From: Candidatus Woesearchaeota archaeon | Lineage (GTDB): Archaea; Nanobdellota; Nanobdellia; Woesearchaeales; JABGXB01 | Reading direction: 5' to 3' | DNA length: 64,000 nt | Assembly (NCBI GenBank): GCA_018675975.1 | Contig: JABGXB010000003.1 | Location: 203,821 to 267,820, forward strand | Shown: positions 39,467-49,820 of the stretch, in pieces | How positions within the stretch are numbered: the stretch's first letter is position 1 | Layout: every line of letters begins with the position of its first letter | The notes under the pieces: model-generated | Seen by the model: only the letters and a program-made list of their open reading frames with translations | Told to the model about the DNA's origin: nothing | The model's database searches: none | Translations under genes and position numbers: made by a program

Positions 39467-41116
39467 ATGGAAAAATTTCGAAAAGAAGATGTGAAAATAA
39501 TAGTTGTCACAGGAGGAGTTCTAAGTGGCCTTGGAAAAGGGGTTGTATGTTCTTCAATTATAAATTTAATAAAATATCAAGGTTATAATGCAACTGGAAT
39601 AAAAATTGATCCATATTTAAATGTAGATGCAGGTACAATGAGACCAACTGAACACGGTGAAGTTTTTGTAACTGATGATGGTGGTGAAACTGATCAAGAT
39701 TTAGGTAATTATGAAAGGTTTGGAGATATTAAATTATCAAAAAAAAATAGTATTACAACTGGACAAGTATTTTTATCTGTATTAAATAGAGAAAGAAATT
39801 TAGAATATGATGGGAAATGTGTAGAAGTAATACCACACATACCACAAGAAATTGAAGAAAGAATTTTTAAATCCATATTTGATAATAATTGTGAATTTGG
39901 AATTATTGAAGTTGGTGGAACTGTTGGTGATTATCAAAATATATTATTTTTAGAAGCATTAAAAGAAATTAAAAGAAAATATAATAATGTCGTTTTTACT
40001 CATGTAGGTTATTTGCCAATTTTAACTGGTGGAGAAATGAAAAGTAAACCATTACAACATAGTATTAGAATGTTAAATAGTGTAGGAATTCAACCCGATA
40101 TTATAATTGGACGAAGTGAAAATGAAATTGATGATGTTCGACGTGAAAAAATTGCAACACTTTGTTGTGTTAAAGAAGAAAATATAATTTCCGCACCAAA
40201 TGTAGATAATATTTACAAAGTTCCATTAATTTTTGACAAACAATTATTTATGCATCAAATATTTCAAAAATTTAATTTAATATATGATTCAACAAAAAAT
40301 TTAGAATGGAAAAAATTTATAGAACGAATTGGAAAAATAGAAAAAAAAATAAAAATTGGTATGATTGGAAAATATTTTGACATTGGAAGTTATTTTTTAT
40401 CAGATTCATATATATCAGTAATTGAAGCAATTAAACATGCAGGATATAATAATAATGTACATATTGAATTAACTTGGTTAAATTCAAAAGAATATGAACT
40501 AAATAAAGAAAAAATAAATGAATTATCTAAATATGATGCTATAATAATTCCCGGTGGATATGGGAGTAGTGGAGTTGAAGGTATAATTTCATCAATAAAA
40601 TTCATTCGTGAAAATAATATACCACTATTAGGATTATGTTATGGATTTCAATTAATGTGTATTGAATTTGCAAGAAATAAATGTAATTTACAAAATGCAC
40701 ATTCAACTGAAATTGATAATGAAACTGAAGATCCAATTATAGATTTACAAAAAGATCAAAAAGAAAATTTATTAAATAAAAATATGGGTGGAACAAATAG
40801 ACTAGGTGCATATTTTGCAAAATTAAAAAAAGATTCACAAGTTTATTCACTATATCATGAAGAAGTTATTAGTGAAAGACATAGACATAGATATGAAGTT
40901 AATTCACAATATATTAAAATATTAGAATCAAATGGTTTATGTTTTAGTGGAAAAAGTCCCGATGGTAATTTAATGGAATTTTTAGAATATGCAGATAATA
41001 ATTATTTTATAGGAACACAAGCACATCCAGAATTTAAAAGTAGACCATTAAAACCCAGCCCATTATTTGATGGATTAATTAAAGCTGCATTAAAAAGAAA
41101 ATCTACTTTAAATTAA
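39467..41116 (+). CDS. pyrG: CTP synthase
   Basis: VTGGVLSGLGKG, KIDPYLNVDAGTM, GLCYGFQ, ERHRHRYEVN, QAHPEF. Confidence 0.97.
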   Translation: MEKFRKEDVKIIVVTGGVLSGLGKGVVCSSIINLIKYQGYNATGIKIDPYLNVDAGTMRPTEHGEVFVTDDGGETDQDLGNYERFGDIKLSKKNSITTGQVFLSVLNRERNLEYDGKCVEVIPHIPQEIEERIFKSIFDNNCEFGIIEVGGTVGDYQNILFLEALKEIKRKYNNVVFTHVGYLPILTGGEMKSKPLQHSIRMLNSVGIQPDIIIGRSENEIDDVRREKIATLCCVKEENIISAPNVDNIYKVPLIFDKQLFMHQIFQKFNLIYDSTKNLEWKKFIERIGKIEKKIKIGMIGKYFDIGSYFLSDSYISVIEAIKHAGYNNNVHIELTWLNSKEYELNKEKINELSKYDAIIIPGGYGSSGVEGIISSIKFIRENNIPLLGLCYGFQLMCIEFARNKCNLQNAHSTEIDNETEDPIIDLQKDQKENLLNKNMGGTNRLGAYFAKLKKDSQVYSLYHEEVISERHRHRYEVNSQYIKILESNGLCFSGKSPDGNLMEFLEYADNNYFIGTQAHPEFKSRPLKPSPLFDGLIKAALKRKSTLN

Positions 41117-41690
41117 TATAAACATTATATTTTCTATTATCCTCAATAATTTTATTCCGATATAATGCAAATTCTAAAATAAAAAATTTATTATCTTGAC
41201 CACCAGTCAAACTATCAATATGTTTCTTAAAATCTTTCACATTATTAATAGCAAAAACAATATATCTTTTTTCCCTAAATTTTAAATCATTAATTTCAAT
41301 AATCTGTTTTTGTGTCCCAGTGGATGAAAACAAGGTTTGAAATTCCTCATTAAAAGTAGGAAAAGTTTCAGTAGGATTAGTACTATCTGCAGTTAATAAA
41401 GAGTAAATATTATTTAATTTTAATTCTAAATTAATATTTTCATTTTTTATTTGATTAACTATACCAAAATTAACTATAACTGGATCTGCTAAAGTAACTT
41501 CAAATCTATTTTGTTTAACTCCTAGAATTCCATCAAAATCAAAAGTCGTTTTTTCTCTAGAAATATCTATTGTTTTTTCCAATTGAAATATTTTTCCAAT
41601 AATAAAAAAACCAAAAACCATTATTGTAATCGATAAAATAATTACAACAATGGCATTCATTGATAATTCTATTGAACCTTTTCTTTTCAT
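41103..41690 (-). CDS. Class III signal peptide (type IV pilin-like) protein
   Basis: MKRKG/SIELSMNAIVVIIL followed by hydrophobic helix. Confidence 0.75.
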   Translation of the reverse strand: MKRKGSIELSMNAIVVIILSITIMVFGFFIIGKIFQLEKTIDISREKTTFDFDGILGVKQNRFEVTLADPVIVNFGIVNQIKNENINLELKLNNIYSLLTADSTNPTETFPTFNEEFQTLFSSTGTQKQIIEINDLKFREKRYIVFAINNVKDFKKHIDSLTGGQDNKFFILEFALYRNKIIEDNRKYNVYINLK

Positions 41691-41950
41691 TTATTTACTA
41701 TAAATTCATATTCTTTGACTATTAAAACCATAAATAACAATAATATAATAGCACCAGATACAATAAATTTCATTCCAAGATTAAACCCTTGATAAGGATC
41801 TTGTAATGTTAAAAACAATCCATACGCCATTATAGCAAAACCAAACCATAAGAATTTATCTAATACTAATTTCATAATATCAAATTCTTCTTGTCTTGAT
41901 AATTGCTTTTTACTTGATTTAGGTCTTACTTTTCTTTTAACTTTTGCCAT
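41687..41950 (-). CDS. Small two-TM conserved membrane protein
   Basis: EEFDIMKLVLDKFLW motif, two TMs; GAGGTG SD upstream. Confidence 0.75.
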   Translation of the reverse strand: MAKVKRKVRPKSSKKQLSRQEEFDIMKLVLDKFLWFGFAIMAYGLFLTLQDPYQGFNLGMKFIVSGAIILLLFMVLIVKEYEFIVNK

Positions 41951-41995
41951 ATTTCACCTCTAATATAATATTAAAATAATAATAAAAAATTATAA

Positions 41996-42565
41996 TTACC
42001 TTTTAATTGTAATTTCTAACGGTACACTATTCTGTTTATCAGAAGATTTACAATTTCCTTCATCATCAGTTAAATCAGTAGGTTTAGTTGCACCAGCGAC
42101 AATACTTGCACAACAAACCTTAACAAACATAGATGGTTGTGGGCCCGTTTTATCATAATTTTCATTAACAGTCATAATAACTTTTGCTGCAATACCTTTT
42201 CCAAATGATAGTTTTTGTGGATCATTAACTAAAGTAAATATTAATTTATCACCAATTGTTTTATGTCCATCAACAGTAACCTGACAATATTCTTCATCAC
42301 GGGGATGAAAATAATTTATATCAAAAAACTCTTGACCTGATTTTTCAATTATAACACTTTTTGGTCTAACCTTTAAAGGGCTATCTTTTGTTGGTGGATC
42401 AATATCAGGAAAATCACTAACTATTGTAAGTAATTTAGTTTCTTGCTCTTGAAAAATAGTTTGCATAAAAACTAAAACTAATGATACAAAAACAACTGCA
42501 AGTATAATAATTACAATTGAATTCATGGACAATTCTAAACTTCCTTTTTTATTCATATAATTCAC
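41996..42565 (-). CDS. Class III signal peptide (type IV pilin-like) protein
   Basis: NKKG/SLELSMNSIVIIILAVVF; Cys residues in globular domain. Confidence 0.78.
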   Translation of the reverse strand: MNYMNKKGSLELSMNSIVIIILAVVFVSLVLVFMQTIFQEQETKLLTIVSDFPDIDPPTKDSPLKVRPKSVIIEKSGQEFFDINYFHPRDEEYCQVTVDGHKTIGDKLIFTLVNDPQKLSFGKGIAAKVIMTVNENYDKTGPQPSMFVKVCCASIVAGATKPTDLTDDEGNCKSSDKQNSVPLEITIKR

Positions 42566-43134
42566 CTCTTAACAACAAATGCCTTTTGAACACTTCTAAT
42601 AACATTATCCGAATCACAAACTAAACGATCAACTGACTCGCCTTTAATATTTGGAATTGATTTCGTTATTAAAGGAGTAGCACCAGTCTTACAACAAACT
42701 TCAATTTGATATACAGTTGTACCAACCGTTTGACCCATTGCAGTTATAGAAAATGCAACTTTTCCACCATCATCTAATTGAACTGTACTTGAAGGTAATA
42801 TAAATTTAACTTTAGTATCTGTAATAGTTGCTTCACTAATTGAAGCACCACATTCTTGTTTATCACCTAAATGTAAATATTCAACAGGAATTGTTCTAGC
42901 AGAACTTTCACCAATATTAATACTAACAGGATCTTCTGCTTGTACTTTTAAAGGATTCACACTTGTTGGCGGATTAACACTAGGAAATTGATCAATAACA
43001 TTTAAAACATTTTTTTGTTGTTCTCCAAAAACATTTTGAAAAAAAACTAATACTAATGATACGAAAACCACTGCTAATATAATAATTACAATGGAGTTCA
43101 TTGACATCTCCAATCCACCTTTTTTATTTTTCAT
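42562..43134 (-). CDS. Class III signal peptide (type IV pilin-like) protein, paralog of 41996..42565
   Basis: NKKG/GLEMSMNSIVIIILAVVF; shared FP...PPT...PLKV, VCC and terminal KR. Confidence 0.78.
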   Translation of the reverse strand: MKNKKGGLEMSMNSIVIIILAVVFVSLVLVFFQNVFGEQQKNVLNVIDQFPSVNPPTSVNPLKVQAEDPVSINIGESSARTIPVEYLHLGDKQECGASISEATITDTKVKFILPSSTVQLDDGGKVAFSITAMGQTVGTTVYQIEVCCKTGATPLITKSIPNIKGESVDRLVCDSDNVIRSVQKAFVVKR

Positions 43135-43155
43135 TGTATTTCACCTATAACTATT

Positions 43156-44760
43156 TTAAAAATGTATTTTTCTTATATTTTTAACAGATACATCTAAAGA
43201 ATGAACTTTACTTCTAATAACAAGTTTATAATTACTTATTTCTTTTATTAAATGATCAATAACTTCTTTTTCACTAGCATCACTATTACCTTTAGCAGTT
43301 TCTAACATTTTTATCAATCGATCTGATAATTTAATAAAACTTTCTTTTAAATTTGCAATATCATGATATTCTTTATTTAAATAATTTACATCCTTAACAA
43401 TTAAATCAAAAAATTCAATTAAAGTTTTATCTTCATTAATAATTTCTTTTACAAGTAAATGTTTATCATTTTTACTTGCTATTACTTTTTCTTCACTATT
43501 TTTTAATGTACTTTCAATTTTTGTTAAATTAGATTCTATTAAATTTAATGAATTTTGATTAAAAGCTAAACGATTTGAATTAAAAACATCTATTTCTTTT
43601 TTAACATTTCCATATGAAGATTCAAAATTAGTTTTCAAAACATCATTTAAATGAGGATCATGTTCAACTAAAGCATCAAAAGAAAATTTAAGATCTTTAG
43701 CAGACTGATTAATAACATCTTTTAAATCATTATAATTTTCATAAATAAATTTAACTTCTTTTTTTAAACTTTCAACATAAGTAATAACTTTGTGCTCAAA
43801 TACTTTCTCAGTTTGAACCAATTCATTAATTTCTTCTTCACCTTTACTATTAATATTTTGTTCAATAGCAGTTTCAACATTAGAAGGTAAATTTCTCGGA
43901 AGTGGAATATTTAAACTACTCAAATCAAACGCCTTAGACGAATCGTGAATCATAACATTATTTTCTTCACTAGCAACTTTAGAACCACCAGTTTCTCCAA
44001 AACGCGTTTTCAATGTAGTTTCTGCATCTGTAATAAAATCTTTAAAATAAGAAGTACTCTGATTTTTCTTATTAGAAAAGAAAGTAAAAACTAAACCAAG
44101 GACTATAAAAGAAACAAATATATTAAATAATGTACCACTTGCCATATATTCAACTAAGGGATTTAATGTAAAATCTTTAATTTCTATTAAACTTTTTAAA
44201 AATTCAAACATAGTTGTAAAAATTAAATTACCTATAGCTAATGGACCAAATATATATAAAAAAAAATTTGAAATGTGATTTTCAGGATGTTTTTCTACTA
44301 AACTTGAACGTAAAGATTTTACCATACTAATAATCATAACTAAAACAACACCAAATAAAACAAAACTTAATGAACCTAATGAAAATTTAGTTAATGTACT
44401 TTCAATATCAATAATATTCGTTTTTCCAAGAATAAAAATTCCACCCACTAATAAAAAACTAAATGCTCCAATAAGAGCTTTTATTGATTTTATTTTTTCA
44501 GGATGATCAAAATGATGTAAAAATGTAATTTGTGCAATTAAGTATAAAACAAAATAAAAAAAAATTGATAATATAACAATAGTTAAACCAATCATAAGAC
44601 CAGGAATTGCTATTAAGGTTTCAATTACATCTCCAGAACCAGAAATAAAACTCATTAAAAAATCTGAAAAACCTTCTTCAGCTGCACTTACAAATGGCAT
44701 TAATGTAAATAAAAATAATGAACTTAAAAATAATGATAAACTAAACCTACCTCTTTTCAT
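43156..44760 (-). CDS. Polytopic membrane protein with C-terminal coiled coil
   Basis: Signal peptide ending PFVSA, about 5 TMs, helical tail; paralog of 44817..46187. Confidence 0.72.
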   Translation of the reverse strand: MKRGRFSLSLFLSSLFLFTLMPFVSAAEEGFSDFLMSFISGSGDVIETLIAIPGLMIGLTIVILSIFFYFVLYLIAQITFLHHFDHPEKIKSIKALIGAFSFLLVGGIFILGKTNIIDIESTLTKFSLGSLSFVLFGVVLVMIISMVKSLRSSLVEKHPENHISNFFLYIFGPLAIGNLIFTTMFEFLKSLIEIKDFTLNPLVEYMASGTLFNIFVSFIVLGLVFTFFSNKKNQSTSYFKDFITDAETTLKTRFGETGGSKVASEENNVMIHDSSKAFDLSSLNIPLPRNLPSNVETAIEQNINSKGEEEINELVQTEKVFEHKVITYVESLKKEVKFIYENYNDLKDVINQSAKDLKFSFDALVEHDPHLNDVLKTNFESSYGNVKKEIDVFNSNRLAFNQNSLNLIESNLTKIESTLKNSEEKVIASKNDKHLLVKEIINEDKTLIEFFDLIVKDVNYLNKEYHDIANLKESFIKLSDRLIKMLETAKGNSDASEKEVIDHLIKEISNYKLVIRSKVHSLDVSVKNIRKIHF

Positions 44761-44816
44761 ATTATATTTTTAGATTATTTCCTTTATAAAATTACCCCTT
44801 AGAATCAGTTAAAAAA

Positions 44817-46187
44817 TTATAATTTACGAGGTAATTCCATGTGTCCTAATTGTACAATTTTTCTTTTAAGCATTTTTATTTTTGGTGCAATAAGTTTAGC
44901 TAAACTACTTTTATTTTTATCACATAAAGTAATAGAATCCTCAGAGATTGAAGGATCAATACAATAAATTTCTAAATTTTCTAAATGATGAACTAAAGAA
45001 TTTAAATCTGAAATAAATTTATGTTCATGATTTGCAATTTCTCTATAATCATGTATTTCATTATTTAAAAATTTATTAAAAATTTTATTACAAACGTCTT
45101 TTAAATTTTCATCAACACCAGAATCTAATAAATGATCTTCACTAATAATTGTTTTTTTTAAATTAGATGCTAATTTTTTTTCAATTGAATTTAAAAAATC
45201 AAAATATTTTTTAGAACTTGATCGTAAGTTATGAATTACTGAAGTCAAACCATCAATTGTATTATTAAAACTCACTTCACTAGAATGACTACCTGTTAAA
45301 GTTATATTATGAAGCTTTGATAAACCCATCATATGTTCTTGAAATTCATCCGCAATACTTTTTTTATCACGAATTAATTCATTAATTTTACTAGAAATTT
45401 CATTTTCATGTTTTTTTAAATTACCAACAGCTTGTTTTGGAGGAATATTTGAAAAACCATCCATGTAATTATAATTCAAATTACTTGAAGTCTTACCAAA
45501 CCAAACAACAATTAATGTAATTACTATAATAATTAAAGGTAAATAAAAAAAGAAACTTTGATTTAATACATAACTAATAATAAGTCCCCCAAATTCATCA
45601 CCACCAGATGTAATCACACCATCTTCAATACTGACATTTGCAATTAAACTAATTACTCCCATTAAAAGTGATTTAAATACAACATATAATGTAATTACTG
45701 CCATTGAAATTGAAAGCACATAATATTCACCAGCTGAATGAGTTAAATTATCTCTAAAAAAATCTCTTAATTTTGTATAAACATCATATGAAAATAATAC
45801 ACATAAAAATAATAAAACATATGAAATAGTAAAAAATGAAAAATTAGTAAAAGCTTTTTCAACATCTGCAACATTATCTCTACCAATTACCATAAAAGTT
45901 AAAACCAAAATTACACTCAATGCAGTTAATAATTTATTAACTGTATTTTCATGAGAACTATAAAAATTAGAATTAACTGAACTGACTATTAAAAGTAATG
46001 CTTTGTATAAAAATATAGTAAATACAATAATTAAAATAAATATAATAAAACCATCAGTTGATAAAAATTGAGTAAAACTTGTATTAAAACCAGTCAAAAA
46101 CTCAGAAATAAATGTTGTAAAATCACCTTCCGTAGCACTAACAAATGGAATAAATGTAAATAGCATTAATAATAATTTTTTAAACAT
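44817..46187 (-). CDS. Polytopic membrane protein with C-terminal coiled coil
   Basis: Same PFVSA signal end and G..N..D.E...T.FS segment as the neighbour. Confidence 0.72.
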   Translation of the reverse strand: MFKKLLLMLFTFIPFVSATEGDFTTFISEFLTGFNTSFTQFLSTDGFIIFILIIVFTIFLYKALLLIVSSVNSNFYSSHENTVNKLLTALSVILVLTFMVIGRDNVADVEKAFTNFSFFTISYVLLFLCVLFSYDVYTKLRDFFRDNLTHSAGEYYVLSISMAVITLYVVFKSLLMGVISLIANVSIEDGVITSGGDEFGGLIISYVLNQSFFFYLPLIIIVITLIVVWFGKTSSNLNYNYMDGFSNIPPKQAVGNLKKHENEISSKINELIRDKKSIADEFQEHMMGLSKLHNITLTGSHSSEVSFNNTIDGLTSVIHNLRSSSKKYFDFLNSIEKKLASNLKKTIISEDHLLDSGVDENLKDVCNKIFNKFLNNEIHDYREIANHEHKFISDLNSLVHHLENLEIYCIDPSISEDSITLCDKNKSSLAKLIAPKIKMLKRKIVQLGHMELPRKL

Positions 46188-46354
46188 AAATAAAATTGAG
46201 TTTTATCATTTATAAAAACTTCTTTTTTTAAAAGATAGTCAAAAAGAACAAAATAACTCAATATTCGCAAACAAAGACTAAAAACAACTCAAAAACAGAT
46301 ATTTATTTAAAAGAAATGTTTATAAAAAAAGAATGTTACCACTTTTTAATTACG

Positions 46355-47980
46355 ATGAAATTAAAAGATAAAATATTAGAATATAGCACAAGAGCTTCAA
46401 AATTTTTAAATAGTTCAAAAAAAGCATTAGTTTTAACACTAGGACTTTTAGCTAATAATTCAAATACATTTTCAATTTATCACCCAGAAGGACCTAGAGA
46501 ATCATATGTAAAAAATTTTAGCATTGAAAATATCAAAGATATGCGAGAACAATATGAAAAAATTAGACAAAAAATAAAAAATTCTGAAAATAAATATGAC
46601 TTTGAAAATGTTATCACAAATACATATGATAAAATAAAAAATCAAAATATTGATCCAAGACAAGCTTTAGAACAAACATTAGAAGAATTTGAAAGTGATG
46701 AATTAATTGGAAATAGTTTAACAGGATTTCGAAAAAAACAAAGTTTATTTTTTAAAGATGGTTTCAAAGTAAATGATTATTTAAAAGTTGTTGAAACAGC
46801 ATATAAATTAATTCCAGTTTTTGCAGAATCATTAGAATTATATTTAGATGATTTAAATAAACAAGATCAAGATAATTCAAATGTAAAAGTTTCAGAAAAT
46901 CACATAAATGAATTTTACAATGGAATTATGAATTCATTATATTCTTCATTTGGAACAAAAGAAGATAATATGTTTGGAAGCAATACATATAATTTTGTAA
47001 CAGGTCATGTAAAAGATTTTTACAAAGAACCAGTATTTAAATTTTCAAATTTAAAATTTGAAGACATTGAAGAAAAGTCAGATAAATCTGGTGAAAGTTT
47101 TCTTATGGCTCATATAATTCAAGAATTAACTGACATAGTTTATGGAGAATCAATTAAACTTGTTTATGAAAATGAAAAAGATAAATTAAAAGAATTAGCA
47201 AATCGACAAAAAGATTATGGTTTTAAAGAATTAAGTTCAATATTACCAAAAGAAGAAGTTATTCAATTCGTAAAAATAACTCCAGTTCAAAGTAGTCAAT
47301 CAGTTAAAGTTAGTCCAGTAAATACACAAGTTCAAGAAGATGTAAGTTATTTATTAGGAAATCCACAAAACCCAGTTAATCAATTTATTCCACAATCAAA
47401 TTCAAATGCTTTAATATTAACAGAATTAAAAGAAATCAAAGACACTGTTAAAACTTTAGAATATACAACAATTCAAAATCAAGATATGATTCAAAATAAT
47501 TTAAAACTAATTAATCAAAATCAAGGTGCAATGATATTAAGTGGAGAACTTACTGCAGAAAATACAAGGGGAATTCAAACAGTTCAAGCAGCAGCAGTAG
47601 TGAGTGGAGAAGTTATTGCAGAAAATACAAGAGGGCTTGAAACAGTTCAAGGAGTAGTTATTCAAAGCGGTCAAAGGCCTAAAAAAACCAAACCTAAAAC
47701 ACATATACCAATTGAAGTTCCACCAAAAAGAAAATCAAGAAGAAATTCAAGAAGAAATACATGTATATATCCAGAAAAATTTATTAATCATCCAAAAAAA
47801 AAACAAATTTTAGAAATTATGAAAGATGACTATAATTTGGGTAATAAAAGAGGAGATATTTTAAGAAAAGATTTTCAATTTCCAGATGGTTATTTAGATG
47901 CATATAAAATGATTTGTGACAAACCAAAACCTAGTTTAGTTCAAGCCAAATCATTTCTTTATAATTTATCAAAAAAATAA
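46355..47980 (+). CDS. Putative secreted protein with 21-aa internal repeat
   Basis: Likely start MKLKDK at 46355; short hydrophobic segment ALVLTLGLLA; Q/V-rich linker. Confidence 0.65.
   Translation: MKLKDKILEYSTRASKFLNSSKKALVLTLGLLANNSNTFSIYHPEGPRESYVKNFSIENIKDMREQYEKIRQKIKNSENKYDFENVITNTYDKIKNQNIDPRQALEQTLEEFESDELIGNSLTGFRKKQSLFFKDGFKVNDYLKVVETAYKLIPVFAESLELYLDDLNKQDQDNSNVKVSENHINEFYNGIMNSLYSSFGTKEDNMFGSNTYNFVTGHVKDFYKEPVFKFSNLKFEDIEEKSDKSGESFLMAHIIQELTDIVYGESIKLVYENEKDKLKELANRQKDYGFKELSSILPKEEVIQFVKITPVQSSQSVKVSPVNTQVQEDVSYLLGNPQNPVNQFIPQSNSNALILTELKEIKDTVKTLEYTTIQNQDMIQNNLKLINQNQGAMILSGELTAENTRGIQTVQAAAVVSGEVIAENTRGLETVQGVVIQSGQRPKKTKPKTHIPIEVPPKRKSRRNSRRNTCIYPEKFINHPKKKQILEIMKDDYNLGNKRGDILRKDFQFPDGYLDAYKMICDKPKPSLVQAKSFLYNLSKK
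47540..47651 (+). repeat. 63-bp imperfect coding repeat (SGE..AENTRG..TVQ x2)
   Basis: Units start at 47540 and 47603. Confidence 0.8.
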
Positions 47981-47989
47981 AAATGAAAA

Positions 47990-49558
47990 ATGTTAAAATA
48001 TATTATTCCACTAATAGCGACGGCAAATATACATTTTTCTTATGCTAATTTTTTTAAACCAATTCAAAATTATAAAGAACAAAGAGTAAATTATTCTGAC
48101 CCTAGTTTTAAACATACAAGTTTTAATTATCAAAATATTCTAAATTATTTGAAAAACTCAAAATCAAAATTATCAAGAACATTTAAACAAAATAAACAAC
48201 AATTAAAACAAATATATTTAGATAAATTATTTGATCAAGATGGAAATTTAGAAAATCGATTTAATAATAATAATCCAGAATTTGAATTTAATCAATTTAG
48301 AAAAGAAATTCCAACATTAATTTTTTTAAATGAATTTAATGACTTTAATCAATTAACTAGAACTATTAATAATAGACAATTATTAAGAAATAAATTAATT
48401 CAAGCCTATGAGCAATTTGAAGATAAATTAAAACAAGCAGAACAAACATATACATCACCTAGAGCAATGAATGTATATGAAACAAGATTACAAAATGCTT
48501 TAGAAGTATTAGCAGCTACAAAAACATATTCTGAAGCAAATCAAAATCAAATAAGAAGTTTAATTAAAATTAATTCAGGAGATCAAAATGATTTTGATAA
48601 ATTAAGTTTTATTATACAGTATGGAATTAAACCATTAGGTCATAGATTAGCAAAGTTTAATGATTTACAATTAACAAGATTAATGTTATATATACCAGGA
48701 TTACAAATTGCTGAAAGTGGTTTAGAAACTGATAACAATAATAGAGTTATTAATAGAGTTGACAATGATGGAGGTATTGGTGGATTAAGCGTTTATCAAA
48801 CACCTAATATCGCGAGATTTGGTTATGATAGAACAACTCAAGAATTTGCAACAGAAGTATTATCAGATAAAAAAATAAATGGAAAAACCTACAGAAAAAT
48901 AATTGAATCATTTAAACAAGGTAAAACAGCATTTGTACCTATTTCTCAAGTAGTTAACGGTGGAAGAGATTTAGCAACCTTAGAACAAAAATTATTAATG
49001 GGTGAAATTCAAACGGAAAATAAATCACATTTTTTTTCTGCAAAATCATTTTATCAAAATATAAAAGACAAATCAATTTTTAAAAAAGCAAAAAAGAAAT
49101 TTGAAGAATTAGTTAAAGATAAATACAGATTCAAAGGTCTTGAACAATTATTAAATAGAGATTTAAAATCATTAGCAGATAGTCGAAGATTAGAACATGA
49201 ACAAGAAAATCCAACGGCCTCAGCAAATATAAGTACTTTTATTACAACAGATTCAATTATAAGAGAAAGTAAAATTAATGATAATCCATTAAATATTTAT
49301 TTATCATGGAATTTAGGAGTATCAAGCGCAGAAAGATTAAATGCTTATGTAAATGCATTTAAACATTATGTTAAAGGAAAAATATCTAAACAGCAATTAA
49401 AAAAAAAATATGATCGAGTTAATGGAGTAAAACAAATAAAAATAATTGGAAATCCTAAGTCTAGAGTTAATAGCGTAATCCGAAATTATGGCTTAAGATT
49501 ATTTCATTTAATGGATACTTATATTTATAATTTAAAAATAAGAAAAAATAAAAATTAA
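47990..49558 (+). CDS. Putative secreted lysozyme-fold/lytic transglycosylase (SLT-like) protein
   Basis: Signal-like N-terminus; QIAESG (E242), GGLSVYQ, NPTASANI, YLSWNLG in SLT motif order. Confidence 0.55.
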   Translation: MLKYIIPLIATANIHFSYANFFKPIQNYKEQRVNYSDPSFKHTSFNYQNILNYLKNSKSKLSRTFKQNKQQLKQIYLDKLFDQDGNLENRFNNNNPEFEFNQFRKEIPTLIFLNEFNDFNQLTRTINNRQLLRNKLIQAYEQFEDKLKQAEQTYTSPRAMNVYETRLQNALEVLAATKTYSEANQNQIRSLIKINSGDQNDFDKLSFIIQYGIKPLGHRLAKFNDLQLTRLMLYIPGLQIAESGLETDNNNRVINRVDNDGGIGGLSVYQTPNIARFGYDRTTQEFATEVLSDKKINGKTYRKIIESFKQGKTAFVPISQVVNGGRDLATLEQKLLMGEIQTENKSHFFSAKSFYQNIKDKSIFKKAKKKFEELVKDKYRFKGLEQLLNRDLKSLADSRRLEHEQENPTASANISTFITTDSIIRESKINDNPLNIYLSWNLGVSSAERLNAYVNAFKHYVKGKISKQQLKKKYDRVNGVKQIKIIGNPKSRVNSVIRNYGLRLFHLMDTYIYNLKIRKNKN

Positions 49559-49812
49559 TTAAAAACTACTTTCTTAGATACTGCTTGACCAGGCATTCCT
49601 TTTTCAAAATGAACTAAAACTTTTCCACTATTACCATGAGGTCTTTTTACAATACCTGTGATTTCCTTACCACTTTCAGTTTTATATACTACTTTTTTAT
49701 CAATTAATTCACTAGCTTTTTCTCTATTTTCATAACCAGAAACTAAAACTACCATTTGATTTCCAGTATAAGAATGTTTTGCTCGTCTATATGATACAAT
49801 TATTCCTTCCAT
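49555..49812 (-). CDS. rpl35ae: 50S ribosomal protein L35Ae (eL33)
   Basis: IVSYRR, HGNSGKV, F.KGMPGQA. Confidence 0.93.
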   Translation of the reverse strand: MEGIIVSYRRAKHSYTGNQMVVLVSGYENREKASELIDKKVVYKTESGKEITGIVKRPHGNSGKVLVHFEKGMPGQAVSKKVVFN

Positions 49813-49820
49813 TTTAACAC

